Source: an uncultured bacterium (GTDB lineage: Bacteria; Bdellovibrionota; Bacteriovoracia; Bacteriovoracales; CAZZBM01). From it: a DNA stretch of 64,000 nucleotides. The stretch covers positions 440,920 through 504,919 of the forward strand of contig CAZZBM010000001.1 in NCBI GenBank assembly GCA_964652255.1, given 5' to 3'. Positions 45,006-55,212 of this stretch are shown piece after piece (within the stretch, counting starts at the first letter, position 1; every line of letters begins with the position of its first letter). Position numbers and translations under genes: made by a program. Under the pieces are notes generated by a model. That model did no database searches and was not told where the DNA came from. It saw only the letters and a list, made by a program, of their open reading frames with translations.

Positions 45006-45753
45006 ATTATTTTTATACCCATTTTTTTTTGTTATTGGGAGTTTTTTAGGAGTTTTAGTTTACAGGCTTCCAAGAAATATTTCTTTATTAAAATCGTCTT
45101 TTTGTGAACATTGTCATAAAAAGATTACTTGGTGGCAAAATATTCCTTTTTTGAGCTATTTTTTTTTAAGAGCACGTTGTTTTTATTGTAAGAAACCTAT
45201 TAGAAGAAATCTTTTTTTTATAGAAGCTATAACTTTTGTAGGATCCTTGCTAATCTATGAAAACTATACTTTGCCGTGGTTTTATTTAATTGTTTTTTAC
45301 GTTTTTATTTGTCATTTTCTTATAGATCTAGAACATCATTTATTATTAGATTCTCTTAATCTTTATTTATTATTAACTTTTATCATTTGGAGATTTATTT
45401 TGGGCGAATCTTTAATAGAAGGTTTCTTGGGATTGCTTTTTGGATTTCTTTTCCCTTTTTCTATTGCCTGGTTTTTCTATCGCTGGAAAAAACAAATGGG
45501 TATGGGAGGTGGGGATTTTAAACTTTATGCTGCCTTAGGTATGTTGTTAGGACCTATTGATGTTTTTTATCTTATTTTCTATTCTTCTTTATTGGGGATT
45601 GTTTTTTTTATCTCTCTTATTGCTTTTAAAAAAATAGATCCACAAGATCCTTTGCCTTTTGGTCCAAGTATTATCCTTGTTGCCAGTTTTCAGATTTATT
45701 TTCCAGCTTATTATGAATATTTAGTGAGTTTTTGGAAAATGTTACCTTCATAA
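44998..45753 (+). CDS. pilD: Prepilin peptidase (A24 family)
   Basis: Zinc-ribbon region CEHCHKKITWWQNIPFLSYFFLRARCFYCKKPI and the catalytic Asp motif GGGDFKL. Confidence 0.85.
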   Translation: MDRLFLYPFFFVIGSFLGVLVYRLPRNISLLKSSFCEHCHKKITWWQNIPFLSYFFLRARCFYCKKPIRRNLFFIEAITFVGSLLIYENYTLPWFYLIVFYVFICHFLIDLEHHLLLDSLNLYLLLTFIIWRFILGESLIEGFLGLLFGFLFPFSIAWFFYRWKKQMGMGGGDFKLYAALGMLLGPIDVFYLIFYSSLLGIVFFISLIAFKKIDPQDPLPFGPSIILVASFQIYFPAYYEYLVSFWKMLPS

Positions 45754-45786
45754 ATCACCTTTCTTTATCTCTTAAAATAGATCTAA

Positions 45787-46581
45787 ATGCATGTAATCTT
45801 AGATATTGGCTCTGATTCATTTAAAATATACAGCGTTAAAAAACTCTGGTCAGAATCTTTTTTTGCTAAAAAAAATTACCAAGAAGAATATCTTAGCCCT
45901 ATGTTTTTTAAAAAATTATCAGATTTTTTAATAGAACATAAGGTGACTAAAGTAGATTTATTAATTTCTGGTCAAGAGACTTTCATGGGATTTTATCAAG
46001 AAAAAGATCTTATGATTGAAGAACAAGAATTTGAACAGTTTAGTTCTTTTTATCCTTATGTTGATTATCAAATTACAAAGAATCAATGGGGTAAAATTCT
46101 TTATGGATATAATACTCAAATTGTAGAAAAAATAAAATCATTTTTTTCTTCTATGGGTATTAAAATCAATAAAATTGACAATCAATCTTTTTATTTAATT
46201 GAAAACATTAAAAAAGATGAAGAAAATTTTTATTTTATAGATTTTGGACATGAATCTTTAAGGATTTACTTTTTTTATAAAAAAAAATTATTTTTTTATA
46301 AAAAAATTTATTTAGCTGGTCGTCATCTTATTGAAGAGATTCAGAAAAGTATTAATGTTACTTATCAAGAGGGTAAAATTTTAAAAGAAGATGTTGATTT
46401 TTATTCTGATGAACTAAGACATCTTGTAGAAAGTTTTTATACAAAAGTACAAGAGTCTCTTTCTTATTACGTTCAGCCGAATTATAAGGTTTTAATTACT
46501 GGTTCAGAACTAGAAAATAGGTTGTTAAAAAGAAAGCTATCTTCCTATAAGTATCTTGATATGAAAGAGATTTTTTTATGA
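45787..46581 (+). CDS. PilM-like actin-fold protein
   Basis: Motifs ILDIGSDSFKIY and YFIDFGHESLRIYFF...YLAGRHLIEEIQ. Together these resemble the PilM/FtsA phosphate-binding loops. Confidence 0.4.
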   Translation: MHVILDIGSDSFKIYSVKKLWSESFFAKKNYQEEYLSPMFFKKLSDFLIEHKVTKVDLLISGQETFMGFYQEKDLMIEEQEFEQFSSFYPYVDYQITKNQWGKILYGYNTQIVEKIKSFFSSMGIKINKIDNQSFYLIENIKKDEENFYFIDFGHESLRIYFFYKKKLFFYKKIYLAGRHLIEEIQKSINVTYQEGKILKEDVDFYSDELRHLVESFYTKVQESLSYYVQPNYKVLITGSELENRLLKRKLSSYKYLDMKEIFL

Positions 46582-47129
46582 AATTAGAAATTAAGAATTT
46601 AAATTATTACCATAAGCTTTATCAAAAAAATCCAAAATCTAAAATTTTTGCTTCTTTAGCTGAGTGCTATAGGTCAAGAGGGTTAATTGATGAAGCTTTA
46701 AAGATTCTTATGAGTGGAATTCAAGATTATCCTCATTTTACTTATGCTAAAATTATTTTAGCAAGATGCTATCAAGACTTAAAAGAATATTATAAGGCTT
46801 TTGAGTTACTAAAGCCTTATTTAGAAGAAAATACAACAAATTTTGCTTTTTTAAACTTATTTTTAGAGCTTGCTCTTAAGATTCAAGCTTTTTTTGAAGC
46901 TGAAAAAGCTCTTATTTTTTTAAAAAAAATAGATTCTAAGAATAAATTCTTAGAAGAGAAACTTATATTGTTGAAAGAAAAAAATGAAATTAGAACTAAA
47001 AAAGATATAGAAAGCTTTTATATGGCTGAGAATCGAGAATCAAGATATGAAAAGTTAGAGAAATTTTTGAAAAAGTTTTCTGAAAAAACATATAAAAATT
47101 CTTTTGAAAAGCTGTCAAAAAAAATTTAA
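46578..47129 (+). CDS. TPR-repeat protein
   Basis: TPR-like helices AECYRSRGLIDEALKILMSGIQDYPHFTYAKIILARCYQDLKEYYKAFELL. ATGA overlap with the pilM-like gene. Confidence 0.5.
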   Translation: MKLEIKNLNYYHKLYQKNPKSKIFASLAECYRSRGLIDEALKILMSGIQDYPHFTYAKIILARCYQDLKEYYKAFELLKPYLEENTTNFAFLNLFLELALKIQAFFEAEKALIFLKKIDSKNKFLEEKLILLKEKNEIRTKKDIESFYMAENRESRYEKLEKFLKKFSEKTYKNSFEKLSKKI

Positions 47130-49760
47130 AGAAATAAAAAATCGACCTTCTAAAAAAGATTTTTTAAAAGGAACTCCGTAATCTATACTTAAGGATCCAA
47201 TGGGAGTGATATACTTTAAGGTTAAGCCGTAGGAGTGATGATTAATAAACTTTTTATTTAAATAGAAAGAACCTAGATCATAAAAAATCCCAAAAGCTAA
47301 AGACTCTGTTAGGAGATATCTTGGCTCTATTTTAAGATTAAAGATATAATGATCTTTTAAAATCATTTTTGTAATATCAGTTCCTTCTGCTTGATTCAAA
47401 TCAATGAGATCATATCCTCTTGGATCATTAAGATCTCCAAATTTAGCTAATTTTATAATAGGCACTTTTTCATTGCTGTAATTTAGTTGTCTTTTAACAG
47501 AAAAATAATTAGCTATAATAATTTTATCAAAAAAAGAAATATAAGCTTTATTAATATTTTCTATGTTAAAAAAATGGATATTTTTACTGGAAAGAAAAAA
47601 AGAATGAGCATAGCTTGTTTTAAATTCTGATATAAAGCCATTTTTAGGGAAAGATGAATTGTCTCTAAAATCTATGTTAAAAAATGATTCAAGTGAGCCA
47701 ACCTGGATTATTCCATTACTAGTTTCATCTTTGGCATTAAATTGATCAGCATAAATAAAATAATGGCCAAGTCCAATATTAAACTTTCTCAAAAATTTTT
47801 TATTTAAAAAATAAGAAGATTCAAAAAAATAAACATCAAAATAAAATGTTTGTTTTTTAACTAAATTTAAGAAGATGTTATTTTCAATAAATGGGATATC
47901 TTGATCACTAAAATAGCTTAAAGATAATGATCCTTCTGTGAAGTTTTTAATTTCTTTTTTATTAATTTCTCCGTAAGCATCATACTTTTGATTAACAACT
48001 GTTAAAAGAGAAAGAGATCTATTAGAACCTAAAAAACCAGAAAATGTGAAGGAATTTTTTAAATAAAAACCTTCTAAGGTATTAAATCCAAAAGATAAAG
48101 AAAGAACTTTTCTATCACTTTCTTCTACCATAACTTCAATGTCTTCATAATAAAATTTATCATCTTCACTGATTTTTTTGAGAGAAATTTTGACATTTTT
48201 AAAAAGTTTTGAAGTAAGAAGATAATCTTGGAGTGAGTTAATTTTTTCGAAGGTGATTTCTTTATTTTTCTTTAGGTATTTATTAATAGAAGATTCTATG
48301 AAATATTTATTAATATTATTATTTCCAATAATAATATGGTTTTTTTTTATTGATCTTTTTCCTTTTATAATTTGAAAATTTAGAGCAACTTCAGAAGACT
48401 CATTATTGTAAAAAATAAGATTTTCCAAATTAGGATCATTGTTATAGGCATGAAGGTAACCATCTTTTTTTGCATAGTCTAAGAGGTTGCTAGCTTTTAA
48501 TTCTAAATTTAAATAATCAACAGGTTCGTTTTCTTCTAGTTTTTCTTTTTTTAAATACTTTATAAGATCATTGTCAATATTGATTTTTTTTATAATATAT
48601 TGATTCTTTTCTTGAATAAAAACTTCACATTCTTTAATAACTTCATTGGTGCAATAAATGTTTGTTTTAATAAAAGGAATTCCTCTAGATTGGTAGTAAT
48701 CATCAATTTCTTTTTTTAATAATTCTAAAAAATGTTCCTCATAATAATTTCCAGAGATAAGATAAGAATTTGTGATGTTAAGAATTTTATCAATTTCATT
48801 TTCAAAATAATACTTGTTTGTATTTATTTTTTTTGTTCTTGATAAAAATGACTCTAGCTCTTTGCTTGAAATAAATTCATTACCTGTAAAGAATATTTTT
48901 TTTATAAAAGTTTTTTTGTTTAAAATGGCATAAATATTAACAAAATGATATTCATCATTATCAATTGTCTTAATTGAAATATCTGTTTTTTTGAAACCCA
49001 ACTCATTTAAAGATTTTTTAGTTATTTCAATAATTTCATCATCTGTAAGATATTTTCTTTTGTTAATTGTTTTCTCGTTGATTAATTTTATAAAAATATC
49101 TTCTTGAGGATGTTTGTCTATTTTGTAAACAATTTTTTTACCTAAATCTAGGTAAACTTCTAGTAGGTTGTCTTGATAAGAGTAATCAATATAGCTGTTT
49201 AAATATCCTTCTCTTAAAAAATGTTCTCTTAATTCTTTAAAAGTTTTTTCTATTTCTTTGTTATTTTTTGATTTTAAAATAAATTTATTCAAATGAGATT
49301 CAATAAAATTGTAATACTTTCCTTCTGGTATTTTTATTGCTTTAATGATCTCTTTTTTTTCATATGAAATATTTATCTTCAAGAAGCTATTTTCTCTTGT
49401 ATGATTAATAACAAGACCCTGGTAAGAATTTTCAAGAGATTCTAGCTTGATTTGATCAAAAATATTGTTTAAGTCTTTTTCATTGAAAAAATAGTTTTTA
49501 TTAAACTTTAAGAAGTTTTTAAATTCATAAGGTTCAATGATGATTTTTTTGATAGGATCTTCTATGAGACATTCTATTTTGTCTTTGAGAATTTCAATTT
49601 TTTTTACTTCTGAAAAAATATCTGGAATTTTTTCAATATTTTTTTTAAATTCATCAAAAGATTTTGATTCTTTCTTCTTTTTTTCTAAGAACAAAGAAAC
49701 TTCTTTTGATGGTTCTTTGTTACAAGAAAAAAAAAGAGAGGCTATTATTTGAAGGTCCAT
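47115..49760 (-). CDS. Omp85-family outer-membrane protein (BamA/TamA/TamL-like)
   Basis: 881 aa with POTRA-like repeats and a C-terminal beta-barrel ending ...GRFFISLNFF (terminal Phe). The N-terminus MDLQIIASLFFSC has a lipobox-like FSC. Its start overlaps the TamB-like gene by 16 nt. Confidence 0.7.
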   Translation of the reverse strand: MDLQIIASLFFSCNKEPSKEVSLFLEKKKKESKSFDEFKKNIEKIPDIFSEVKKIEILKDKIECLIEDPIKKIIIEPYEFKNFLKFNKNYFFNEKDLNNIFDQIKLESLENSYQGLVINHTRENSFLKINISYEKKEIIKAIKIPEGKYYNFIESHLNKFILKSKNNKEIEKTFKELREHFLREGYLNSYIDYSYQDNLLEVYLDLGKKIVYKIDKHPQEDIFIKLINEKTINKRKYLTDDEIIEITKKSLNELGFKKTDISIKTIDNDEYHFVNIYAILNKKTFIKKIFFTGNEFISSKELESFLSRTKKINTNKYYFENEIDKILNITNSYLISGNYYEEHFLELLKKEIDDYYQSRGIPFIKTNIYCTNEVIKECEVFIQEKNQYIIKKINIDNDLIKYLKKEKLEENEPVDYLNLELKASNLLDYAKKDGYLHAYNNDPNLENLIFYNNESSEVALNFQIIKGKRSIKKNHIIIGNNNINKYFIESSINKYLKKNKEITFEKINSLQDYLLTSKLFKNVKISLKKISEDDKFYYEDIEVMVEESDRKVLSLSFGFNTLEGFYLKNSFTFSGFLGSNRSLSLLTVVNQKYDAYGEINKKEIKNFTEGSLSLSYFSDQDIPFIENNIFLNLVKKQTFYFDVYFFESSYFLNKKFLRKFNIGLGHYFIYADQFNAKDETSNGIIQVGSLESFFNIDFRDNSSFPKNGFISEFKTSYAHSFFLSSKNIHFFNIENINKAYISFFDKIIIANYFSVKRQLNYSNEKVPIIKLAKFGDLNDPRGYDLIDLNQAEGTDITKMILKDHYIFNLKIEPRYLLTESLAFGIFYDLGSFYLNKKFINHHSYGLTLKYITPIGSLSIDYGVPFKKSFLEGRFFISLNFF

Positions 49761-52700
49761 TTGAAATTAAGCCCTCCTCCAATAATATTAAGTTTATTTT
49801 CTTTGTTATCTTCATAAATTTCTTTCTTATTTTCATAAAAGAAGTCTGCTGAAGAATTTTTGTTTAAAATATTTTTTAAGGTTATTTTTTGATCTTCTTT
49901 TTTAGATTCTGTTATTGATTTTTCAAAAACAACTGTTGTTTTTTTTGCTATAATCTTACTTATTTCTATTTTTGTATCGATTGTATTTTTTGAATAAACA
50001 TCAGGATTAATATAGTTTGACTCATTTTCGTTGAACTTAGACGAAAGCCTTATCTTAATATCATGTTTTTTTTTTAAGTTTTTAGAAAATTTCAACTGTT
50101 CAAAAATCATTAATCCCACGGATAGAAATTGACTTTGAACGTTTTCTTTTTTTGATAAATTTTTATTGCTTTCATAGATATGACCAAGAAATATAAGTGA
50201 TAAAATTTCTTCTTGAGTTAAATAAGGCGTAGAGCTAAAGTTTATTTTAAAGTCATTTGTTGTGCCTGTGAGTTTTAAAAAAACAGTGTATTGATTAATT
50301 TCAGAGCTAGCTGTTAAATTAATTGTTGGATCTATTTTTTTTTCTGGTTTTTTAGTGAAAATATTTAAATTTTCTATGTTAAAAATATTGTTATTGATCT
50401 GAATTGTTGAAAGTATTTTATTATTATTATTATTTATATTAATAAAATACAGCGGATCATTTATTTTGTTGGTTATGCTTAGATCTGCATCTAGGGATAA
50501 GTTTAATTTATCATCTAGAATATAAATAGGAGTTTTGTTTTGGATGGCTAAATCCAATTCTATTGGTGAAATATAGTTGTGAGAATCTGGTAAAAATTTT
50601 TGATCTATATTTTTTTTTCTATTCGAAGAGAATAAGTCCATAAGCTCACTTCCAATAAAAGCTTCTTCTAAAAAGATATTTCCTGTAATTTTTTGATTTT
50701 TAATATTATAAAAAGCTTCTCCATTTAGAAAAACAAGACTATCTTGATAGTTTATTTTAATTTTTTTAAGTTCACAATGATTTTTTTCGCAAATTAAAGA
50801 TTTATCTTTAGATTTTAAGTATTTAATAAAAATGTTTTCATCAATGCTGATATCAAAATCCAAGTAATGATCATCAAAAAGCTTAGAAGAAACTTTAAAT
50901 TTATTTGATTTGAAATTTGATTCAAGTTTGCCTTGATGATAATTAGAAAATCCTTTAAGAGGTCCTGAAGCATTGATATAAAAATTACTCAAATCAAAAG
51001 GAATATTTTTTAAGTCAAAATTGTTTTTTATAGATAAATTATCATAAAGATTACCTTTTCCTAAGGTTTGTAATGAGCCTAAGGATCCATCTAAGTTAAT
51101 GTTCCATTCTGCCATATTGTTAAGTATTTTAAGCTGAGTTGGTTCTTTTAAAGATAGTTCGTATTCTTTGCCAAAAGAAATAAATATATTTTTAAAATTT
51201 AAATTTAAAGATAAGTTTTCTTTAAATGAGCCTTTGAAGTCTCCATTAAAATTTATTTTTTTCATATTTAAAAAAGGTAAAAACATGTTCAAGTAATCTT
51301 TGTTTTCAATTTTGAAAGATCCTGTGAATTCACTATAGAAATTTTTATCTAAAAATCCTTTTACTAGAAAATTTTCAAGAAAGTTACAATCAAAAGTTGA
51401 CTTACCTCTATCTTCTCTTAGTGTGCAACTTGTTTCAAACGGGAGTGATTTATTGAGCCCTTTTGCCTTAATAGTTCCAGTGATAAGATTTTCCACAGCT
51501 TTTAATTTAAGATTAAAAGAATAATTTAATGGAATGTAACTAGAAAAATTATTTAAAAAATTTGAAGTAATATTTTGACTTTCAATATCAAAAGAAATAT
51601 TTTTTTTATTTAAATTAATTTCAAGATTTCCTGAAATTTTTTGATTATTTTTTAGAAGAGAAAACTTTTCTAGTTTAACTAAATCTTTATAATAAAGCCC
51701 CTCAGCTTGAAGCTCAGTAAAGTAGTTTTTCATAAAAGAAAATTTATGGATACTTCCTAAAAAATCAACTTTAATATCACTAAAAGTATTTTTTATAAAA
51801 ATTTTACCTGTAAAATACCCTGTTGTTTTTTCCAAAAAATTAAAATTATAAATGCTTTTTAAAACAAAAAGGGGAGCTTCGGTACTTTCAGCTGTTAGAT
51901 CAATATTTTCTTTTTCTATGTCTATGTTTCCATTGATTTTGTTTTTAAACTTGAAACTTTCAATAAATGAGTCTTCTATTTTAAGATTTAATTTGTCTAG
52001 GTTTAAAGATAAGTTAAGAGATGTGTCATAAAAGTTAAAATCTAAAAATTGAGTTTTTTTGCTTTTTCCTTTAATTTCAAGATATTTAAATTCTTTTTCT
52101 TTAAAAAAAAGTTCCCCTTCAAAAAATCCTTTTAGATTGAGTTCTTTTAAAAGATTTAAGTCTTCGACATTTAACTTGTGAACTTTTACAGCAATATCAA
52201 GAGGTTCAAGGCTTCCCTTGAAATCAACTTTTTTTTTAGAGTCTTCGATCTCCCCGCTCATGAAAAATTTTTTATTTTTTAATTCAAAGATTCCGTCTTT
52301 CAAAAATGCTTCCTGAATTTGAAGAATATTTTTTTTAAATGAAAGATTGACATCGTTAACTTTGACACTCTGGGTTTGGAAAGAAAAATTATTTTGATCT
52401 ACATAGTTAAACTTTAAATCTCCTGTTGCTAAAAGGGAAAGAGGCTTGGAAACTTCTGGAATTATTTTTAAAAATTTTTTTAGTGAAAAATTACTCGTAG
52501 TAATATTAACTTCACTTGGAAAAATTCTTTTATTAGAGTAGATAACCGTAGGAGAGATTAAAATAGAGGTAATATGATTTTTTTCATTTTTTGTTTGAAT
52601 CTTTTTAAGTAAAATATTGTTTTTTGTTAAATCTATTTCTCCAGATATATTTTTTTCTTCAAAGTAGGGAGAATTAAAATCTTCTAACTCAAATTTAATA

Positions 52701-53452
52701 TCAATTTTATTTAAGGATAAATACCCATTAGATTTAAAATTACCTGAAAAGTCTTTAATAAAATTAAGATTTCCCTTTGAGTCAAAAATAATGTTTTGAT
52801 TAAACTGATCTAGTTTTCCAAAAAGTTTGATGTAAAAATTTTTGTGATTAATAAAAAAATCTGAAACTTTTAAAGATTCTTTGGATAAAAGAAATTTTCC
52901 TTTAATTTTTTCTATATTAAAAACATTAGACAAAAAAATATCTGCTTCAAAATCAGCTCTATTATTAGAGAAAATAATTTTTTCTATGACAAATTCTTTA
53001 TTCTCCATATTCACTTTAAACTTCTTTAAAGATAAGTCTTGAATAATTGGATAGGATTTAAAGATCTCTTTTAGGTAAGAGTAAAAATAGTTTGGGTCAA
53101 AGCTTTCTGGAATATCCTCTAGGGTTAGATCTTTACTTTTTTTATAGACCTGAACAAACCCTTGGTTACAAGAAAGATTGATTTTGACAGGGAAAGAAAA
53201 AAGCAAGGGAAAAGAAACAGGCACTGTTTGACAAGAAGCTGTGAGATCTTTTGTTTTAAAAAAAACATCTTCAAAGACAATTCTAGGAGGAAAAAGAGTG
53301 AAAGTACTTTGAGAATATTTGAGTGGTAGTATTTTTAATATTCTTTCTTTAATCAGAGTTTGAAAAAAATTTGTGTGAAAAATATTGAAAAATATTAAAA
53401 AAGTAAAAAGAAAAAAAGAACCAAAAAAAAATAAAAATCGTTCCCTATTCAT
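49745..53452 (-). CDS. TamB-like / AsmA-superfamily protein (1235 aa)
   Basis: N-terminal TM anchor (FLFFFGSFFLFTFLIFFNIF), then a long beta-rich repetitive body. The C-terminus reads ...IIGGGLNFKWTFK. It is adjacent to the Omp85 gene. Confidence 0.55.
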   Translation of the reverse strand: MNRERFLFFFGSFFLFTFLIFFNIFHTNFFQTLIKERILKILPLKYSQSTFTLFPPRIVFEDVFFKTKDLTASCQTVPVSFPLLFSFPVKINLSCNQGFVQVYKKSKDLTLEDIPESFDPNYFYSYLKEIFKSYPIIQDLSLKKFKVNMENKEFVIEKIIFSNNRADFEADIFLSNVFNIEKIKGKFLLSKESLKVSDFFINHKNFYIKLFGKLDQFNQNIIFDSKGNLNFIKDFSGNFKSNGYLSLNKIDIKFELEDFNSPYFEEKNISGEIDLTKNNILLKKIQTKNEKNHITSILISPTVIYSNKRIFPSEVNITTSNFSLKKFLKIIPEVSKPLSLLATGDLKFNYVDQNNFSFQTQSVKVNDVNLSFKKNILQIQEAFLKDGIFELKNKKFFMSGEIEDSKKKVDFKGSLEPLDIAVKVHKLNVEDLNLLKELNLKGFFEGELFFKEKEFKYLEIKGKSKKTQFLDFNFYDTSLNLSLNLDKLNLKIEDSFIESFKFKNKINGNIDIEKENIDLTAESTEAPLFVLKSIYNFNFLEKTTGYFTGKIFIKNTFSDIKVDFLGSIHKFSFMKNYFTELQAEGLYYKDLVKLEKFSLLKNNQKISGNLEINLNKKNISFDIESQNITSNFLNNFSSYIPLNYSFNLKLKAVENLITGTIKAKGLNKSLPFETSCTLREDRGKSTFDCNFLENFLVKGFLDKNFYSEFTGSFKIENKDYLNMFLPFLNMKKINFNGDFKGSFKENLSLNLNFKNIFISFGKEYELSLKEPTQLKILNNMAEWNINLDGSLGSLQTLGKGNLYDNLSIKNNFDLKNIPFDLSNFYINASGPLKGFSNYHQGKLESNFKSNKFKVSSKLFDDHYLDFDISIDENIFIKYLKSKDKSLICEKNHCELKKIKINYQDSLVFLNGEAFYNIKNQKITGNIFLEEAFIGSELMDLFSSNRKKNIDQKFLPDSHNYISPIELDLAIQNKTPIYILDDKLNLSLDADLSITNKINDPLYFININNNNNKILSTIQINNNIFNIENLNIFTKKPEKKIDPTINLTASSEINQYTVFLKLTGTTNDFKINFSSTPYLTQEEILSLIFLGHIYESNKNLSKKENVQSQFLSVGLMIFEQLKFSKNLKKKHDIKIRLSSKFNENESNYINPDVYSKNTIDTKIEISKIIAKKTTVVFEKSITESKKEDQKITLKNILNKNSSADFFYENKKEIYEDNKENKLNIIGGGLNFKWTFK

Positions 53453-54791
53453 TTTGCTCGAATGAGCTTATTTTCTCCTGAAGATAAGAAGTTGAATAGT
53501 TGTTTTTTTGAAAATCTTCATCTTGTAATATTTTTTTATGTAAAGCTATGTTGGTTTCTGGACCAATGATAAAAGTTTCTTCAAGAGCTCTTCGAGCTCT
53601 TTTAATGGCTTGATCTCTATTGCTGTCTTTTATAATGATTTTTGCTAATAAAGAATCATAAAAAGGACTAATTTGATAACCTGAATAAATGTAATCATCA
53701 ACTCTAATCCCTGGTCCACTAGGAGCTCTATAATAATCTATGAATTTAGGAGAGGGTTTTAAATTAAAAGGATGTTCAGCATTTATTCTTAGTTCAATCA
53801 CATGACCTTGAAATTGAATTTCTTTTTGAGTAGGAATATGTTGACCTAAACTAATGAGTATTTGTGATTTGACAAGATCAATTCCTGTAAGTTCTTCTGT
53901 GACAGGATGCTCTACTTGAATTCTTGTGTTCATTTCCATGAAATAAAATTCATCAGTTTCCTGATCATAAAGAAATTCCATAGTTCCTGCAGAATAGTAC
54001 CCTATGGCTTGAGCTATTTTTAAGGCAGCTTTATAAATTCTTTCAGGATGTTTTATAGTTAAAGCAGGTGCCTCTTCAATAATTTTTTGAAATTTTCTTT
54101 GAATAGTACAGTCACGTTCTCCTAAATGAATAATGTTGCCTTGTTGATCACCTAAAATTTGAATTTCAATGTGTCTTGGGTGTTGAATATATTTTTCAAT
54201 AAAGAGAGTATCATTTCCAAAAGCTTCATAAGCTTCTTTTTTTAACTTTGAAATAGCTGGTAAAAGTTGATCTTCGTGAAGAATCTTTTCCATCCCCTTG
54301 CCACCACCTCCTCCAGAGGCCTTAATTAAAAGAGGGTAGCTTAGCTTCGAGCAGGCTTGTAAAAGTTCTTTTTGACTTAATTCTGAAACTTTAATTGGTT
54401 TTAAAGTGGGAACTTCTAAGTTGTTAGCAAATTCTTTGGAAGCTAATTTATCTCCCATAACTTCTAGAGCTTTTAACGGGGGACCAATGAAAATAATATT
54501 TTCTTCTTCACAACGTTGAACAAAAGAAGCATTCTCTGAAAGAAAGCCATAGCCTGGATGAAGATGAGTGCACTGAGTTAATTTAGCTATTTCAAGAATT
54601 TTTTCTTGATGAAGATAACTTTCCAGAGAAGAAGCTGGTCCAATGCAAAATGTTTCAGGAGCTAGTTTTACGGGAAGAGTGTTTTTATCTGCTTCAGAGT
54701 AGATGAGAAGACTCTTGATTTGAAGCTCTTCACAAGCTCTTAAGATTCTTAAAGCAATTTCGCCTCTATTAGCGATAAGAATTTTAGTCAT
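53445..54791 (-). CDS. accC: Acetyl-CoA carboxylase biotin carboxylase subunit
   Basis: Contains ILIANRGEIALRILRAC and the ATP-grasp motifs GGGGKGM, EMNTRIQVEHPVTE. Confidence 0.95.
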   Translation of the reverse strand: MTKILIANRGEIALRILRACEELQIKSLLIYSEADKNTLPVKLAPETFCIGPASSLESYLHQEKILEIAKLTQCTHLHPGYGFLSENASFVQRCEEENIIFIGPPLKALEVMGDKLASKEFANNLEVPTLKPIKVSELSQKELLQACSKLSYPLLIKASGGGGGKGMEKILHEDQLLPAISKLKKEAYEAFGNDTLFIEKYIQHPRHIEIQILGDQQGNIIHLGERDCTIQRKFQKIIEEAPALTIKHPERIYKAALKIAQAIGYYSAGTMEFLYDQETDEFYFMEMNTRIQVEHPVTEELTGIDLVKSQILISLGQHIPTQKEIQFQGHVIELRINAEHPFNLKPSPKFIDYYRAPSGPGIRVDDYIYSGYQISPFYDSLLAKIIIKDSNRDQAIKRARRALEETFIIGPETNIALHKKILQDEDFQKNNYSTSYLQEKISSFEQNE

Positions 54792-55212
54792 GACGAATTT
54801 TAAATAAAGGTTGTTGATACTCTACAACTTCACCATTTTGAGCAAGAATTTCAACCACTTCACCATGAAACTCTGCTTCTACTTCGTTCATGATTTTCAT
54901 GGCTTCAATAATGGCAAGGGTTTGTCCAGGAGTGATTCTATCTCCGATTTGAACAAAAGGAGGACTATCAGGAGAAGATGCTTGATAAAAACGACCGATA
55001 AAAGGCGCTGTGATAATTTTAACTTTAGGGTCTAATTCTTTATTAAGAGATTCAATGATGGGTTGAGTGATAAAAGAAGGAGCTTGGTTTTGATGCTGAA
55101 ATTCAATGGAAAATCCTTCAGTGGAAGAGTTATAAGATAATTTAGCAAGACCTTCTTTTCTTGCTAGATCAATAAACTCTTGAAGTGTTTCTTTAACTTT
55201 TTTTTCTTTCAA
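54784..55212 (-). CDS. accB: Biotin carboxyl carrier protein
   Basis: Biotinylation motif IEAMKIMNEVEA. 142 aa. Confidence 0.9.
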   Translation of the reverse strand: MKEKKVKETLQEFIDLARKEGLAKLSYNSSTEGFSIEFQHQNQAPSFITQPIIESLNKELDPKVKIITAPFIGRFYQASSPDSPPFVQIGDRITPGQTLAIIEAMKIMNEVEAEFHGEVVEILAQNGEVVEYQQPLFKIRHD

